From the NCBI GenBank assembly GCA_043228905.1, contig JBHGNT010000004.1, forward strand, positions 12,090,001 to 12,154,000: 64,000 bases of DNA, in the 5' to 3' direction. Both the position numbers and the translations under genes were made by a program. The notes beneath the pieces are model-generated. The model was not told where the DNA came from. It did not search any database and worked only from the letters and a program-made list of their open reading frames with translations. The first letter of the stretch is position 1, and each line of letters starts with the position of its first letter. The stretch is from Azolla caroliniana. Lineage: Eukaryota; Plantae; Polypodiophyta. Below, piece by piece: positions 1-13,400 of this stretch.

Positions 1-1468
1 TTTCTAAAAACTCCTAGAACTTGAAGAGATAATCTACGAATATATATATAACATGAGCATGTATTTGGATGTGTTGGTTACAACATAATACTTGACTATA
101 ATACAAGAGGTCAAGAGTTTGAATCTTCATAGTGCAAGGGTGAGCTAAAGTACAAAATCAAAGTTGATTGATGACTGAGCGAGTCCTCACCAGAAATAAC
201 AACATGATTGAATGTGAGCGACCATGTGAGGTCCTCACTAGAGATTGGAACAACAATGCTCTCCTTTTCGACTAACTTTTTGAAAGCGTGATGTAGGGGG
301 GAGTGGGAAGTGGAGCACTGAAGAGCGTGAGAAACCATGTGTTGTCCTCACTAGAGACACGAACACCAATGGACATGAGCAATCATGTGTGGTCCTTACC
401 GAAGACTAAGTGAGCGACCATGTGTGATTCTCACCGGAGACTGGAACACCGATGGCCGTGAGCGATCATGTGTGGTTCTCAGCAGAGACTAGAACACTGA
501 CGGACGTGAGCGACCATGTGCTCCTCCCCGGGAATGGGAACACGAACAGTAGTGATCAACCAAGTAGTCCTCACCGAGAACTGGAACACAAACGGGAGTG
601 AGCGACCATGCGGTCCTCACCGACAATTGGAACACCAACATACATGACTGACCATGTGCGGTCCTCACCAGAAATGGAACAACAAGAACGAAGGAGTGCA
701 AGTGGAGCGGTTGACTGGACTTCTTCTATCATGAGAGGGTAAATAGTGGAGGTTGACCCAGAACATGGCACAAACGGTAGCGATAGCGAGAAACCAACGT
801 GATCCTCACTAGGAAAGTGAGCAGTTCTGACCCCCACCGGAACTAGAAGGTGGGCGATCGAAATCGATCCTCATCAAAAGAAAGTGGAATGAAATGTAGA
901 CCAAAATGAAAATGGGCGATGATGAAGAAAGGGTGATGAGGAAGATGGGTGATGCTTCTAGTTGGAAGGGATTCAAACTATCACGGACACCAATTGCGGA
1001 CTACGCCCGAGCATGGATGACGAACATGGAACTAGAAATGACGAGGCTAAGAACTCTAGAAGCTGTGAGTGATGAGGCTATAAACTTAGGAAGCTATGGA
1101 GAGCATGAAGACAGAGATGAAGAACGAGACAAGATGGAATGGAGAAAGAATACTAGATTGATGTGTCAATGATTGGTGTTGAATACCTTGAAAGGGACCA
1201 AGGAGGTTACAAGCATTTATATTGTACGCTTAAGTACATGCATTAGAATATTCTCGAGAATATTTTGGAGAATATTCTAGAACCCTCTAGAACCTTCTAG
1301 TTCTAGAACTTTCTAAAAACTCCTAGAACTTGAATAAATAATCTACGAAGATATATATAACATGACGGTCACCATATATTTGGATGTGTTGGTTACAACA
1401 TAATACTTGACTATAATATAAGAGGTCAAGAGTTTGAATCTTGACATAACCGTTGTCATGTTTGTGAC
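1..1468 (-). mobile_element. Non-autonomous chromovirus-like LTR element remnant: LTR copy ~979-1450 and a second partial LTR copy at 1-~130, with no coding capacity between them
   Basis: 1-130 aligns to 1311-1445 (ttctaaaaactcctagaacttgaa...ggtcaagagtttgaatctt). On the minus strand the LTR ends gtgata|GTTTGAATCCC at 979, the same junction pattern as the gypsy copies at 26102 and 35913. No clear PPT or TSD was found. Confidence 0.55.
176..815. repeat. Degenerate tandem repeat, ~45-50 bp unit (gagcgaccatgtg..gtcctcacc.gaga.tggaac), about 10 copies
   Basis: The motif recurs near 176, 216, 330, 376, 411, 459, 507, 600, 648 and 800. Confidence 0.8.
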
Positions 1469-1469
1469 A

Positions 1470-1989
1470 TAGTGCTTGATGGACTTGTATAAAAGGTATC
1501 TCTTAAGGTGCCCACAAGTTCGGCTTCCGCTCGAAATACAACTCGTGTGCTGACACCTTATCCCCAATTCGGTGTTGGATGTAGATGGTCGTCCGGACCG
1601 CTTCGGCCTAGTAGAACTTGGGCATGTTCTTCTCCTCCAGCATTGCCCTTGCCGCATCGACAATCGACCGGTTCTTCCTTTCAGCCACACCATTTTGTTC
1701 CGGTGTGTATCTGTAACTGAATTCTCTCCGAATTCCCATTTGTTGCAAATAATTGTTGAATTGGCCGGAAAAATATTCTTTTCCACCATCCGAATGCAGG
1801 CACATGATTTTCCTTTCCGTTTCCCGTTCGACTAAACTTTGCGAGTTCCGAAAACAATTGAAAACTTCACTTTTCTTTTCGATCAAGTAAATCCATGTGT
1901 GCTAGTTATAGTCGTTGATGAAGGAGACGAAATATCGGCTCCCGCCAAGATGAACGTTCTATGCCGGTCCCCATACATCTGAATGTATT
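1470..1989 (-). pseudogene. Ty1/copia integrase fragment (host element; continues at 7548-~7665 after an insertion)
   Basis: ORF 1608-1886 SDGGKEY...YTPEQNGVAERKNRS is the rve core. It is homologous to 53781-54233, and 7548 onward matches 54271 onward. Confidence 0.85.
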
Positions 1990-2392
1990 TCTTGAGAATC
2001 GAACTCAACTTCCCATAGAGAGTGTTCACACTAGTCATTGGACATCATTCTAGGACATTTTTGTAATTAGTAGAAAGGGCATTTGCCCTAGACTAGTTGG
2101 TATTTAAACCAACCTCTTGTAACCTAGTTACTGTTGGATGTAATATACAATTTCTTGTTTTAGAAATCTCTCTCTCTCTCATTCTCTCTCTTGTCTCATG
2201 TGCACATACACACACATAGTTCTTCCGCTGTATAGAATCACTCTTGATTCTTTACATGGTATCAAAGCGAATGGTTACTTGATCCAAGCCCATCGCCTTT
2301 ACGTGTGTTGTGACCAAGCTCAGAGAGAACTGACCGATCGCTACAGCAACGATTTCTGCACAACTCACATCAAGAGTAGAAGAAGTTTGACG

Positions 2393-5300
2393 ATGAGCAC
2401 CCAGATGGGAAGCGCTCTTCCCATCGAGAAGCTCGATAGAAGAAACTTTGCATCTTGGGAGTACAGGATACATCAGTACCTTGTTGGACAAGGTTACTGG
2501 AGTTATATCGAGGGAGCTCACGAAATGCAACCCAAGCCAACACACGCCGACTACCTAGCATGGGAGCAAGTTGCGAGTCGTGTGTTGTACTGCCTTGCGT
2601 CATGCATTCATGACCACATGCTTGGTGATATTTGAGATCGCAAAACCATAAAAGAAGCTTGGGGAATTGTCAAGAAGATTTTTGCCGCTAATACAGCTGC
2701 ACGGAAGCTCCAACTTCGAAAGGAGCTAAACAACGTGCAACAGAGGGACATGTTGATCATTGGCTATACCTTGAAGATCAAGGAGTTGTGCGATGCCCTT
2801 GGTTCAATTAATGTCATCATCGATGATGAAGAAATGGTGCAAATACACCTCGGTGGCTTGGCACCTCGATTCGGCACGATCAAATCGGCCATTCTTGCGA
2901 GGGAAAACCCTCCCTCCTTTTTCGACATTCAATCGATCCTGTTAGTTGGAGAAAATCACGTTTGACAAAGGAACAATGTGCCTGATGGTCAGATGCTCTA
3001 CTCATAATCGGATGATAGAAGAGGATTCGGCTGTGCAAATAGAGGTCAGTTCGGACGAGGCTGACACGATCGGCCGACCCAAGAGTGTAATTTCCACCAA
3101 TGGCAAGAGGACAGAAATAGTCCTAGAGAGTTCAACAAAAGGGGGAGCCACCCTGGTGGATTGAGCATTCATAACAACCTCATCGAATGCGGGTATTGTG
3201 GAAAACAAGGCCACTATGAAGAGGAGTGTCGGAAAAAGATACAAGACTCGGCTTCGACTAGCCGACAACTCACAAACTACAGTTTGAATTCTGACTACGA
3301 CGATCGTGGTGGGATTTTCGTAATGAGGCATGAAGCACACATGATGTTGGCACTGGCCCCGACTAGCACCTCTTCTTCAAATAGCATATGGTTTGTCGAA
3401 TCGGGAGCATCCAATCACATGATGTCACATGAAGATTGGTTATGAGAATTACGAAAGCCCGATTGACCTGAGTATGTCGAAACCGGAGATGATACGATTC
3501 ACCCCATTCGGCATGTCGAAACCGGAGATGATACGAAAGCCAATTCCAAAGGTTCAAGAACGGAGTCGAAAAAGTCACGCTGCCTTCGATCGGATGGAGT
3601 CAAAGAATATTTCTAGGGCAAGTTTTCGGAATATCTCCAAAAGGAAGGAATACGACGAGAATTCTCATGTCGACGTACAGGTTAGCAAAATGGTGTAGCC
3701 AAATGGAAGAATTGGCATATAGTAGAGGTTGCATGTGCAATGATGAATAAGAAGAACCTACCAAAATCATACTAGCCAGAAGCGGCGAACACAACCGTAT
3801 ATCTCATGAATAGGTGTACAACCTCTAGGTACACGACATAACCTCTTATGAGAGGTTTTTTGGAAAGAAACCGGATTTATCACATGTACATATTCCTGAC
3901 GAGACACGACAAAAGCTCAATCGCCTATGTACATATTCCCGACGAGACGCAACAAAAGCTAGACCCGAAATCGGAGAAATGTATCCTTGTAGGGAAAATG
4001 CTAGAAAGCATCTACCCAAAAAGCTCGAGTAAGTCGAGACGTTGTTTTCGATGAGTCAGTATCCTAGTACGATCCCGAGACGACTCTGATTTCTACTCCA
4101 ATCGACCCAGAATCGGCTGAATGAGAGATAGAAGACGAATTTCGACCCGGTATCGGCCGAACGAGAGATAGAAGACGAATTTCGACTCAGACACATGTTC
4201 GAAGAAAGTCCAATTAACACAAGGCGTAGTGGACCACGGGAGCCCCCGAGTGACCAAAGCACATCTTGGCTGAGTTCGAAACTTGCCAAACAGAAGGCCA
4301 AGATGTCCGAATACGAAGATCCAATCGACAACGAGTCAACTCACTCCCTTGACAGTGAGTTCGAAGGCTTGGACATCCCAATCATCCAAATGAATGGAGC
4401 AAAGAAAGTATTAGTCTCCGTGAAAGAGAAGCTACGTTGGTTCACCCGTGAAAAGAACCCTATAAGCCGATTTGGCTACGACGAGTACATGGCGTATGAT
4501 TACACCTTTATGATGAAGGTAGCGACTGTCCGAGAGCTGGAAACACTTTCCGAAGTCGTGAAGGACCCACGTTGGGTTGATGCGAAGAATGAAGAAATGC
4601 AAGGCTTATGCAAAAACGAGACATGGGATCTTGTTCCTCAATCTCTGCAAAAGAAAGCGATTGGGTGCAGATGGATCTACAAGGTCAAAAACAATGTCGA
4701 TGGCTCCATAAATCACCTCAAAGCACAACTCATTGCGAAAGGATACACACAAACGCACGAAGTCAATTACGAGGAGACCTTTGCCCCGGTGGCAAAGATG
4801 AAGACTGTGCAGACCGTAATTGCATTTGCAACCACGAAAGGGTGGCATCTCCACCAGATGGGTGTCAAGAATGCCTTTCTTCAAGGAAAATTGGAAGAAG
4901 AGGTGTATATCGTACAACCACCCAGGTTCGAATTATGTACTCTTTCGAAAGCCATGTGCCGACTCAAGACGAAGATCTATGGCCTCAAGCAAGCATCACG
5001 TGCTTGGCATTCGAAGATCACTCAGTATCTTTAACGAATCAACTTTCGAATGTCGAAATCAGACAACTCCCTATACATCGGAAACGAGCTGCACAACCCG
5101 ATTGTCATTATCCTATGCGTGGATGATCTAATAACCGGAGGAAAGGATCTCGCCGAGATCATTAAGGTCAAATTCCTCCTATCTGGCAGATTCGACATGA
5201 AAGACCTACACGAGCTCCATTACATCCTTGGCATCAAAGTAATTCAGACACCAGTCGGGATACTGATTTCTCAACGGCACTACATTCTGAACTTACTCCA

Positions 5301-6095
5301 CAAGTTCAGAATGACAAAGTGTTAACCCGTGTCTACACCTCTCGACCGAAATCTCAAGCTCAATGTCAATTCGGGCATAGCCGAGTGCGATCCAACTCAA
5401 TATCGACAGCTGATTAGCAACCTGATTTATCTAACGATCACACAATCTGACCTCAACTATTCAGTTGGCCTACTTAGTCAATTTATGCAGAACCCACGAA
5501 ATGATCATCTTGATTTCTCTAAGAGGATACTTCGGTATGTTAGTATGACAATGGATTACGACATCATGTATAAGTTGAATATGCTTAGTCGACTCGAAGG
5601 GTACACGGACGCAAACTGGGTCGGTTATAAGGCCGATAGACGATCCACTTCCGGATTCGTCTTCTCCCTCGGCAGCAGAGCGATCTCCTGGAGCAGCAAA
5701 AAGCAATTGAGTGTCACACTATCCAGCACGGAGGCCGATTACAGGGGTGCAACAGTTGCTGCGTGTGAAGTTGTGTGGCTCAAATGCATCTTGAAGGACC
5801 TGGGCGTTCCCATCACGGATCCAATTTTCCTCTTCTGCGACAACATGAGCAACATCATGCGTGAACTAAACACATCGAAGTGCACTACCACTTCATTCGC
5901 GAGCGCGTTCAGGTCGGCAAAATCAATCTCCAACACATCAATACAAACTTTCAAATTGCTGACATCTTTACGAAGTCCTTAGGATTCAACAAGCTCGGGC
6001 AATTCGTATTGGGCCTTGGTCTCACGATCTCTACATTGCCAAGCTTGAGGGGGAGTACAACATGTAACACGGAAGCAATTGAGAAGCAGAAGTAA
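2393..6095 (+). pseudogene. Fragmented copia gag-pol (gag, zinc knuckle, protease, partly deleted integrase, RT, RNase H)
   Basis: CGYCGKQGHYEEEC knuckle, WFVESGASNHM protease, AIGCRWIYKVK...[17 protein letters not shown], and YTDANW...STEADY RNase H. Many stops and frameshifts. Confidence 0.9.
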
Positions 6096-7039
6096 CCGAC
6101 CAGAGGAATTGGAGTATGATGAACAATGAGCATGAAGCCATAAAACCGAACAACCAAGTTCGAAGATGTCGAAAACCGCCGAATAACCAAGTTCGAAGAT
6201 TTCAAAAGCCGGAAACCGATTCGTCCGAATCAATGTATTGTGAAGACCAAACCGAAACGACTTTTCGACATACGGAAGTTGTGTTCGAAGGGGCGTGTTG
6301 AGAATCGAACTCAACTTCCCATAGAGAGAGTGTTCACACTAGTCAGTGGACATCGTACTAGGACATTTTTGTAATTAGTAGAAAGGACATTTGCCCTAGA
6401 GTAGTTGGTATTTAAACCAATCTCTTGTAACCTAGTTACTGTTGAATGTAATATACAGTTTCTTGTTTCAGAACTCTCTCTCTTTCTCTCTCTCTAATTC
6501 TCTCTCTTATCTCACGTGCACATACACACACACACATAGTCCTTTCGATATACAGAATTAGTCTTGAGAATGGATGCCGGTGTTGCTTCCCGAGCTAGCA
6601 AGCTTCACAAATTTGGGCCTTCCGGCCCCTTAGTTTTGGCAATCCGATAACTACCTATTTCGATTGCAAGTATTGAAGCCTCTAATAGTTCACATGGCCG
6701 ATCCTCTTTTGCCATAGATCGATATCTGATTTGATCTTCAAACCCTTTGCAAAAAAACCAGAGCCAACGTCATTGGTGTAGAGGATGAACATCCTCCTAT
6801 TCCTGTGCCCTTGCGTGATTATCCGGCCTTCTTCCTCTATGAAGCACCACTGGTGCGTGAGCCCGATCCTTCTACTTCATTGCAAGGTCAGGAAATAATC
6901 CATATTTTTGGTACTTATAAATGGAAGTCTATTTTGGTAATACTCCATAGTACTTATAAATGTTTGTATAAAAAACAATTAGTAATTCTCCTACTACATG
7001 GACCAATACTGTCTTGAAATGTGAATCTGAACTAATTGG

Positions 7040-7460
7040 CCATTTAGTTCTCTCCTCCTAGATTCACTAGTATTGACTATGGTAATAACCCTGTTAAGTA
7101 AACTTAATTTACAACTTAGTATTGTCCTCCCAGGTGCACAAGTACTAATTAATGTTCAGGCCTTGTAATGTATCCTTATTTTACAACATAGTATTGTCCT
7201 CTTTGGTGCACATGCACAAGTACATACTATGGTTTACAACTAAGTACTCAGATACCACATGCAAAAGTACTAATTTATAACTTAGGGTTGTCATCCCGTT
7301 GGCATGAGTACTAATTTATATCTCAACACTATCCTCTCTTGTGCATTAGTACTCATAGATAACTTAGTACTATCCTCTTTCGTTCATTAGTACTAATTTA
7401 TAACTTTGAACTGCCATCCGGCAAGCACGGGCACTAATTAATACTTAGCCTTGTCCTCTC
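7040..7460. repeat. AT-rich degenerate tandem repeat (~40 bp; agtactaatttataacttag..tcctc)
   Basis: The agtactaat / acttagta / gtcctc motifs recur about 10 times. Confidence 0.6.
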
Positions 7461-8519
7461 TTATTCTCTCTCTAGTCTCACGTGCACACACACACACACA
7501 CATAGTCCTTCCGCTGTATAGAATCACTCTTGATTCTTTACAGTATTAGATCGAGCTTGTTACAGCTCTGGTTTCTTTTGGTGGGGAACGGATGCCGGTA
7601 TTACTTCCCAAGCTGGCAGGCTTTTTGGGCCTTCCGGCCACTGAATTTTGGCAATCCGAAAACTACACGGCGATCCTCACACCAATCCGTGGACACCAGT
7701 AGTTCAAGCCGACGTGGCAACGTGAGACCGATTGAGAAGGATGGTGGCGGCAAGTGAACGGGATCAAGCAAAAGGGACGACAACCGGTCACTAACTGAAA
7801 CCGGGCCGGAAGACAACGCGGAAGGCGGGAGAGGAGAAAGAAAGACCGGTCCTATGGGATCCTCACACCAATCCGGAGACACCGGCAATTAAAGCCGACA
7901 TGGCAACATGAGACCGAGTGAGCAGGATGGTGGCGGCTGGAAACGGGAACCGACGATGCAGGAAGAGCGAGCTGGGGCCAACAAGGTCGGAGTTGATGAG
8001 GACCGAACCCTTACCGACCAGTTATGGTTTCGAAAGGAATCCGGTGAGGGGTAAGCATGGAGTGGAACAAGAGATGTGCGAGTGGCCATCAAGGGCTGAA
8101 GCAAGCATGAGTACGAGACGATGTTCCTCAAGCATAGAACAGCCATGGCGGCAAAGCTGTTAGGGTTAACTTCTTCTTCTCCTCCTACTTCTTGAGATGT
8201 CGGGCGCCGCAGCCATGGCGGCAAAGCTGTTAGGGTTAACTTCTTTTCTTTTGAGTGTAGCCGGCTCGAAGCCGGGGTTGTATCTTTCCCCTTTTGTAAT
8301 ATATACACTTACATTTGTTTGTGCATATTGGTGTTTCTGGTGGTATCAAGTGTATAGCCCTTTTCGTTTCCAGTGCATAAGACTCAGTGTCGCACGCATG
8401 CCCCTTTCTCTCTCTCTCTCTGGTGTTTGGTTGCCTCCAGGTCATGTCCGGAGTCGGTTTTCTTGGCATCCCTTTTCTCCCTCGTCCGAGACCCCCGTGG
8501 TCCTGCCCCTTCTACACGC

Positions 8520-9000
8520 ACGCGTGTAATAACGCGACAACGTTGAGCAAAGAACACTTGAGATAGAAAACGCAACCCATAAAGGAAAGGGTGATGCAAA
8601 GAGGACACAGTAGAACATCTGAGATAGCGAACACCTGAGAGAGAGAACGCTGCCAACAGAGGGATACTAGAGGATGCAGATGGGCCTCGACGAGGAGAGT
8701 TTGCAAAGAACGCCTGAGAGAGAGAACACGGCCAACAAAGAACACCTAGAGGATGCAAATGGGTCTTGACAAGGAGAGTTTGCAGAGAACACCTGCGAGA
8801 GAGAACGTCGCCAGTAGAGCAAACGTCGATGCGAAGAGGACACAAAAGAACACCTGAGAGAGAATGCAGCCAATAGAGAACACCTGGAAGATGCAAATGG
8901 GGCTCGATGAGGAGTGTTTGCAGAGAACGTGGGTAAACAACGAGCGTACTGTTGTAGCAGAGAGGACACGACGAGCAGGGATTACATGGAGTTCGCAGAG
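8520..9000. repeat. Degenerate tandem repeat (agaacacctgagagagagaacg...aggatgcaaatgggc..gaggagtttgc)
   Basis: The units are visible in the DNA and as repeated peptides in the spurious ORFs 8384-8896 and 8667-8969. Confidence 0.7.
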
Positions 9001-9151
9001 TTTGCAGAGAACGTAGAGAAACCTATGTAGAAGGTGGAAGAGAGAGACTCCAGAGAGGGAGGTATGAACGTAGGGAATCAACGAGTAGAAGGGGGAAGGA
9101 AAGAGTGAGAGAGAGGGGAGGTACAAACCTAGAGAATCACTGAGTGGAAAG

Positions 9152-9152
9152 G

Positions 9153-9183
<31 letters not shown>

Positions 9184-9223
9184 TCTAGCTGACTAACTGA
9201 CAGTTTGAGATAAAACTTTGAGC

Positions 9224-9284
<61 letters not shown>
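9152..9284. repeat. (GA)n microsatellites
   Basis: GA runs at ~9152-9183 and ~9226-9284. Confidence 0.95.
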
Positions 9285-9289
<5 letters not shown>

Positions 9290-10171
9290 AGAGATAGACA
9301 ACCTCAAATGAAATTGACTACAAGAGGGACACTTGGACATAGACATAACAGTGGAAGGATGTGCAATGTTTTGTCATATTTGAAATCCATTTTCATTGAA
9401 TGTGACTTTTAATTTTAACACAAGTGATGATCAACTTTTTAGACACAAATATTGGATTTTTTTAACATTTTTAAGTCTTTCGTCCTCATAGAATTAGTAC
9501 TAAACATTTGGCCAAATGTTGGTACACCGTAGCGTGCTCTGACCCCTATTCGTATGGGACATAAAGTACGCATTAACTACTCTATTACTTAAATATTCTA
9601 CACATATTTACATTTCTTTATACATCGGTCTTTGTATATGTGCATACTTGCACATCCTCGTTCACACGCTCAACCTACCGGTTCTCCTTCTCGTCCCAAA
9701 ACCCGCGTTCACATGCGTTCTGACAGGAACCCAAAGTTCCTTATGCGCAACGCTCGGCCACAACCGAGCTTAGAATGATACACAGAAAGCGGGAAATAAA
9801 ATGCGACACAAAGAAGGAGAGAATACACAGGAGCTTTACGTGGAAAACCCCAAACTAGGGGAAAAACCACGGAAGCCCACAGGCTGCAAACTGTCACTAT
9901 GTGGGAATATACAACAGTGAGTTCACTGAGGCACCGACCTCGTGCTCACAAATCTTCGCCATAGGCGGCGGTTACAACAGAGGCAACGACCTCTTTCTCT
10001 CTCTCTCTCTCTGTACAGTTATGCACACTACTCTCGTGCAAAACAGAAAATGACAACAACAACAACATACTAAAAGTTTGCCCTAAGTCATATTTATACT
10101 AATATGACTTTTCAGCTATTTACAAATATAGCCTCGATGGGATCTCAGAAACATATTTACGAATATGTCTC

Positions 10172-10400
10172 TTCCTCCGGTTCTCACCGGGCCTGTATCA
10201 TCCGGCTCTCCGTAGCCGGGTACTCCTCTTCCGGTTCTCACCGGGCCTGTACCATCCGGTTCTCCGTAGCCGGGTACTCCTCATCCGGTCTTCACCGGGT
10301 TTGTATCATCCGGCTCTCCGTAGCCGGGTACTCCTCATCCGGTCTTCACCGGGTTTGTATCATCTGGCTCTCCGTAGCCGGGTCCACCTCATACGGATTC
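10172..10400. repeat. ~42-bp tandem repeat inside the LTR (5 units here, 7 units in the 5' LTR at ~15020-15300)
   Basis: Unit tcctcatccggtcttcaccgggtttgtatcatccggctctccgtagccgggtac; it translates as repeated SSSGxHRxCIIRLSVAGY. Confidence 0.85.
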
Positions 10401-10480
10401 GGCCTCGGCCGAGTTTGTTCGTCGGCACTGTTCTTCTCCCTTCCCATCCGGAGGGACCTGTCTCCCAACAAACTCCCCCT

Positions 10481-13400
10481 TCACTCCGGCATGGGGTGTC
10501 TTACCAGTCCGATCCGCTTCTGGCATGCGTCCAGCTTGTCGGGTGTCAACACTTTGGTCAGCATATCTAACCCGTTCTCGGCCGTGTGGATCTTCGTCAG
10601 TGCGAACTCCTGGTCATCTACTGTTTCCCGGATCCAGTGATACCTCCGCTGGATATGCTTCGTCTGGGAATGGTAGGCCGCATTCTTAGCAAGGTGGATG
10701 GCACTATGACTGTCGCAGTAGCGTCGGTATTCCTCTTGTCGGATACCGAGCTCTCCAATGAAGTCCTTCATCCATAATATTTCCTTGCCGGCTTCCACAG
10801 CCGCCATGTACTCCGCCTCTGTGGTTGACAATGCAACCGTCTTCTGCAGCCTCGACTGCCACGAAACAGCTCCCCCTGCATATGTCATCACATACCCGGA
10901 TGTAGACTGGCTGGTATCCACATCAGCCGACATGTCCGAATCGGTGAAACTGTCCAGTTGAGGTTTTCCGGAGCCGAATCGGAGACACATATTTGAAGTG
11001 CCCTTCAAATACCAGAGTATCCATTTGACCGCGTTCCAGTGCTCCTTGCCGGGATTACTCATGAACCGGCTCACCACTCCGACTGCGTATCCAATATCCG
11101 GTCGGGTACAAACCATTGCGTACATCAAGCTCCCGACGGCAGAGGCATATGGAATCTTCATCATATCTGCCTTCTCTCCTTTCGTCTTCGGGCTTTGCTT
11201 GCTGGATAGCTTGCAGTTTGCCGGAAGTGTCGATCCGACCGGTTTTGCATCTGACATGTTGAACCGGTGAAGCACCTTTGTCACGTACTTCTCTTGTGAC
11301 AGCCATAATTGCTTCACTTTCCGGTTACGGATGATGTGCATCCCCAGCATCTGTCTTGCCGGACCCATGTCTTTCATTGAGAAGGTTTGGTTGAGGGCCT
11401 TTTTCAGCATCTGTATTTTGACTTGGTCACGTCCGACGATCAACATGTCATCCACGTACAGAAGGAGTATCAAGAAGTCGCCTCCTTCAAACCTCTTCAC
11501 AAACACGCAGTGATCGGCCTGCGTCTTGTGGTACCCTTGATCGATCATGAAGGAGTCGAACTTCCGGTACCATTGTCGGGGAGCCTGCTTCAGTCCGTAC
11601 AGGCTCTTCTTCAACCGGCATACCAGGTGCTCCTTCCCTTTCTCCACGAATCCTTCCGGTTGCTGCATGTAGATCTCCTCTTCGAGGTCTCCGTGAAGGA
11701 ATGTCGTCTTCACGTCCAGCTGCTCTACCTCAAGGTCCATGCTTGTTGTTATACTCAGCACCGTCCAGATGGAGGTCATCTTTACTACTGGGACAAATAT
11801 CTCGTCGAAGTCCACGCCCTTCTTCTGCTGGAACCCCTTCACCACGATCCTGGCTTTGTATCTAGGGGGATTGCCGGCATCTCCCGGTTTCAACTTGTAC
11901 ACCCACTTGTTTCGGAGTGCCTGCTTTCCTTTCGGCAACTCCACCAATTCGTATGTATCGTTCTCATGCAGGGAATCCATCTCGTCTTGCATGGCACTTA
12001 ACCATTTTCGGCTGTGGGTGTCTTCCTTCACTTCTTCGAAGCTTTCCGGCTCCCCCTCATCGGTCAGCAGAACATGCTCTGCATCCGGAAATCTCTGGGG
12101 GGCCCTTCTCTCTCTGAGAGGATATCTCCGTCTTTGGGCTTCGGTAACCGGCTCCTCCATTTGCTCTTCATCCGAATCCGATTCGGGGTCTTGGCCGGTT
12201 CCGGTCTCAGATTCCTCTACTTCTTCTTCTGCCGGTTCGGTATCCTCACCGTAACCGGCTGGTTCCTCGAGTGCTAACCGGTCTCTTTCCGGTTGGGTCT
12301 GCTCATCGTAGAGTCTATCCTTACCGGTCGACTCAGAGTTCATTATCTTCTTCTCCGACTTCCAGTCGGCGAGCGTCTTGTCCTCCATGAAGATAATATC
12401 TCGACTCCGGAATACCTTCTTGTCGACCGGGTCCCACACTCGGTAGCCGAACTCATCGCCACCGTAACCGAGGAATATGCATGGCCGGGTCTTTGGATCT
12501 AGCTTTCCTCTCCGGCCCTTAGCTACATGCACGTATGCGAGACACCCGAACACCTTCAGATGCCGGTAGGATACTTCCTTACCGGTCCACACTCTCTGTG
12601 GCGTGTCTTCGTCCAAGGGTACTGAGGGTGATCTATTTATCATGTATGTCGCCGTCGACAATGCCTCAGCCCAAAACTTCTTGGGTAGTTTTGCATGCGC
12701 TAGCATACTCCGGACCCTCTCCATTATGGTCCGGTTCATCCTCTCGACCAGTCCGTTTAGTTCCAGCGTCTTCGGCACGGTAAATTCGAGCCGGATTCCT
12801 TTCGAGCGGCAGTACTCCTCGAACTGCCCCCGATACTCCCCTCCGTTATCTGCTCGAACCGCCTTCAGCTTCCGGCCGGTTTCTCTTTCCACTCTCGCGT
12901 GGAGCTCTTTGAAGACGTATAACACCTGATCCTTTGTCTTCAACAGTGTGGCCCACAGCTTCCGGCTGTGCTCATCTATGAACGTCATGAAGTACTGCGC
13001 TCCAGCATGTGACTTCATGTCTACTTGACACACATCCGTATGCACCAACTCCAGTGGTGCATTACGTCTCATCGGTGGCCTTGGTCGGAAGGAGGTCCGG
13101 TTCTGCTTACCGGCCAGACAATCAGTGCACTTCTCTAAGTGCACGTTCTTCACTGGAATGAGGTTGTCGTCTGCAAGCCTCTTCATCGCCTTCTCGCTCA
13201 TATGACACAACCTCTTGTGCCACAGCTCACCGGTAGTGTCGGATGCCACGTTCACTTCTTCCGGACATAACCGGGCATTCATCAGGTACAATGTGTTTAC
13301 CTTCCGGGCCCGAGCCACAATCAGGCTCCCTTTGCTGAACTTCATGACACCATTCCGAATGCTACCCGTGTAGCCTTCATCATCTAGCCGACCGGCTGAT

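Larger units (their letters stand above)
1990..7542 (+). mobile_element. Degenerate full-length Ty1/copia element: 5' LTR 1990-2256, PBS tRNA-Met 2257-2268, 3' LTR from 6296, TSD GTATT
   Basis: TGGTATCAAAGC follows the LTR-terminal CA. GTATT lies at 1985-1989 and 7543-7547. The LTR sequence ttgagaatcgaactcaacttccc occurs at 1992 and 6298. Confidence 0.85.
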
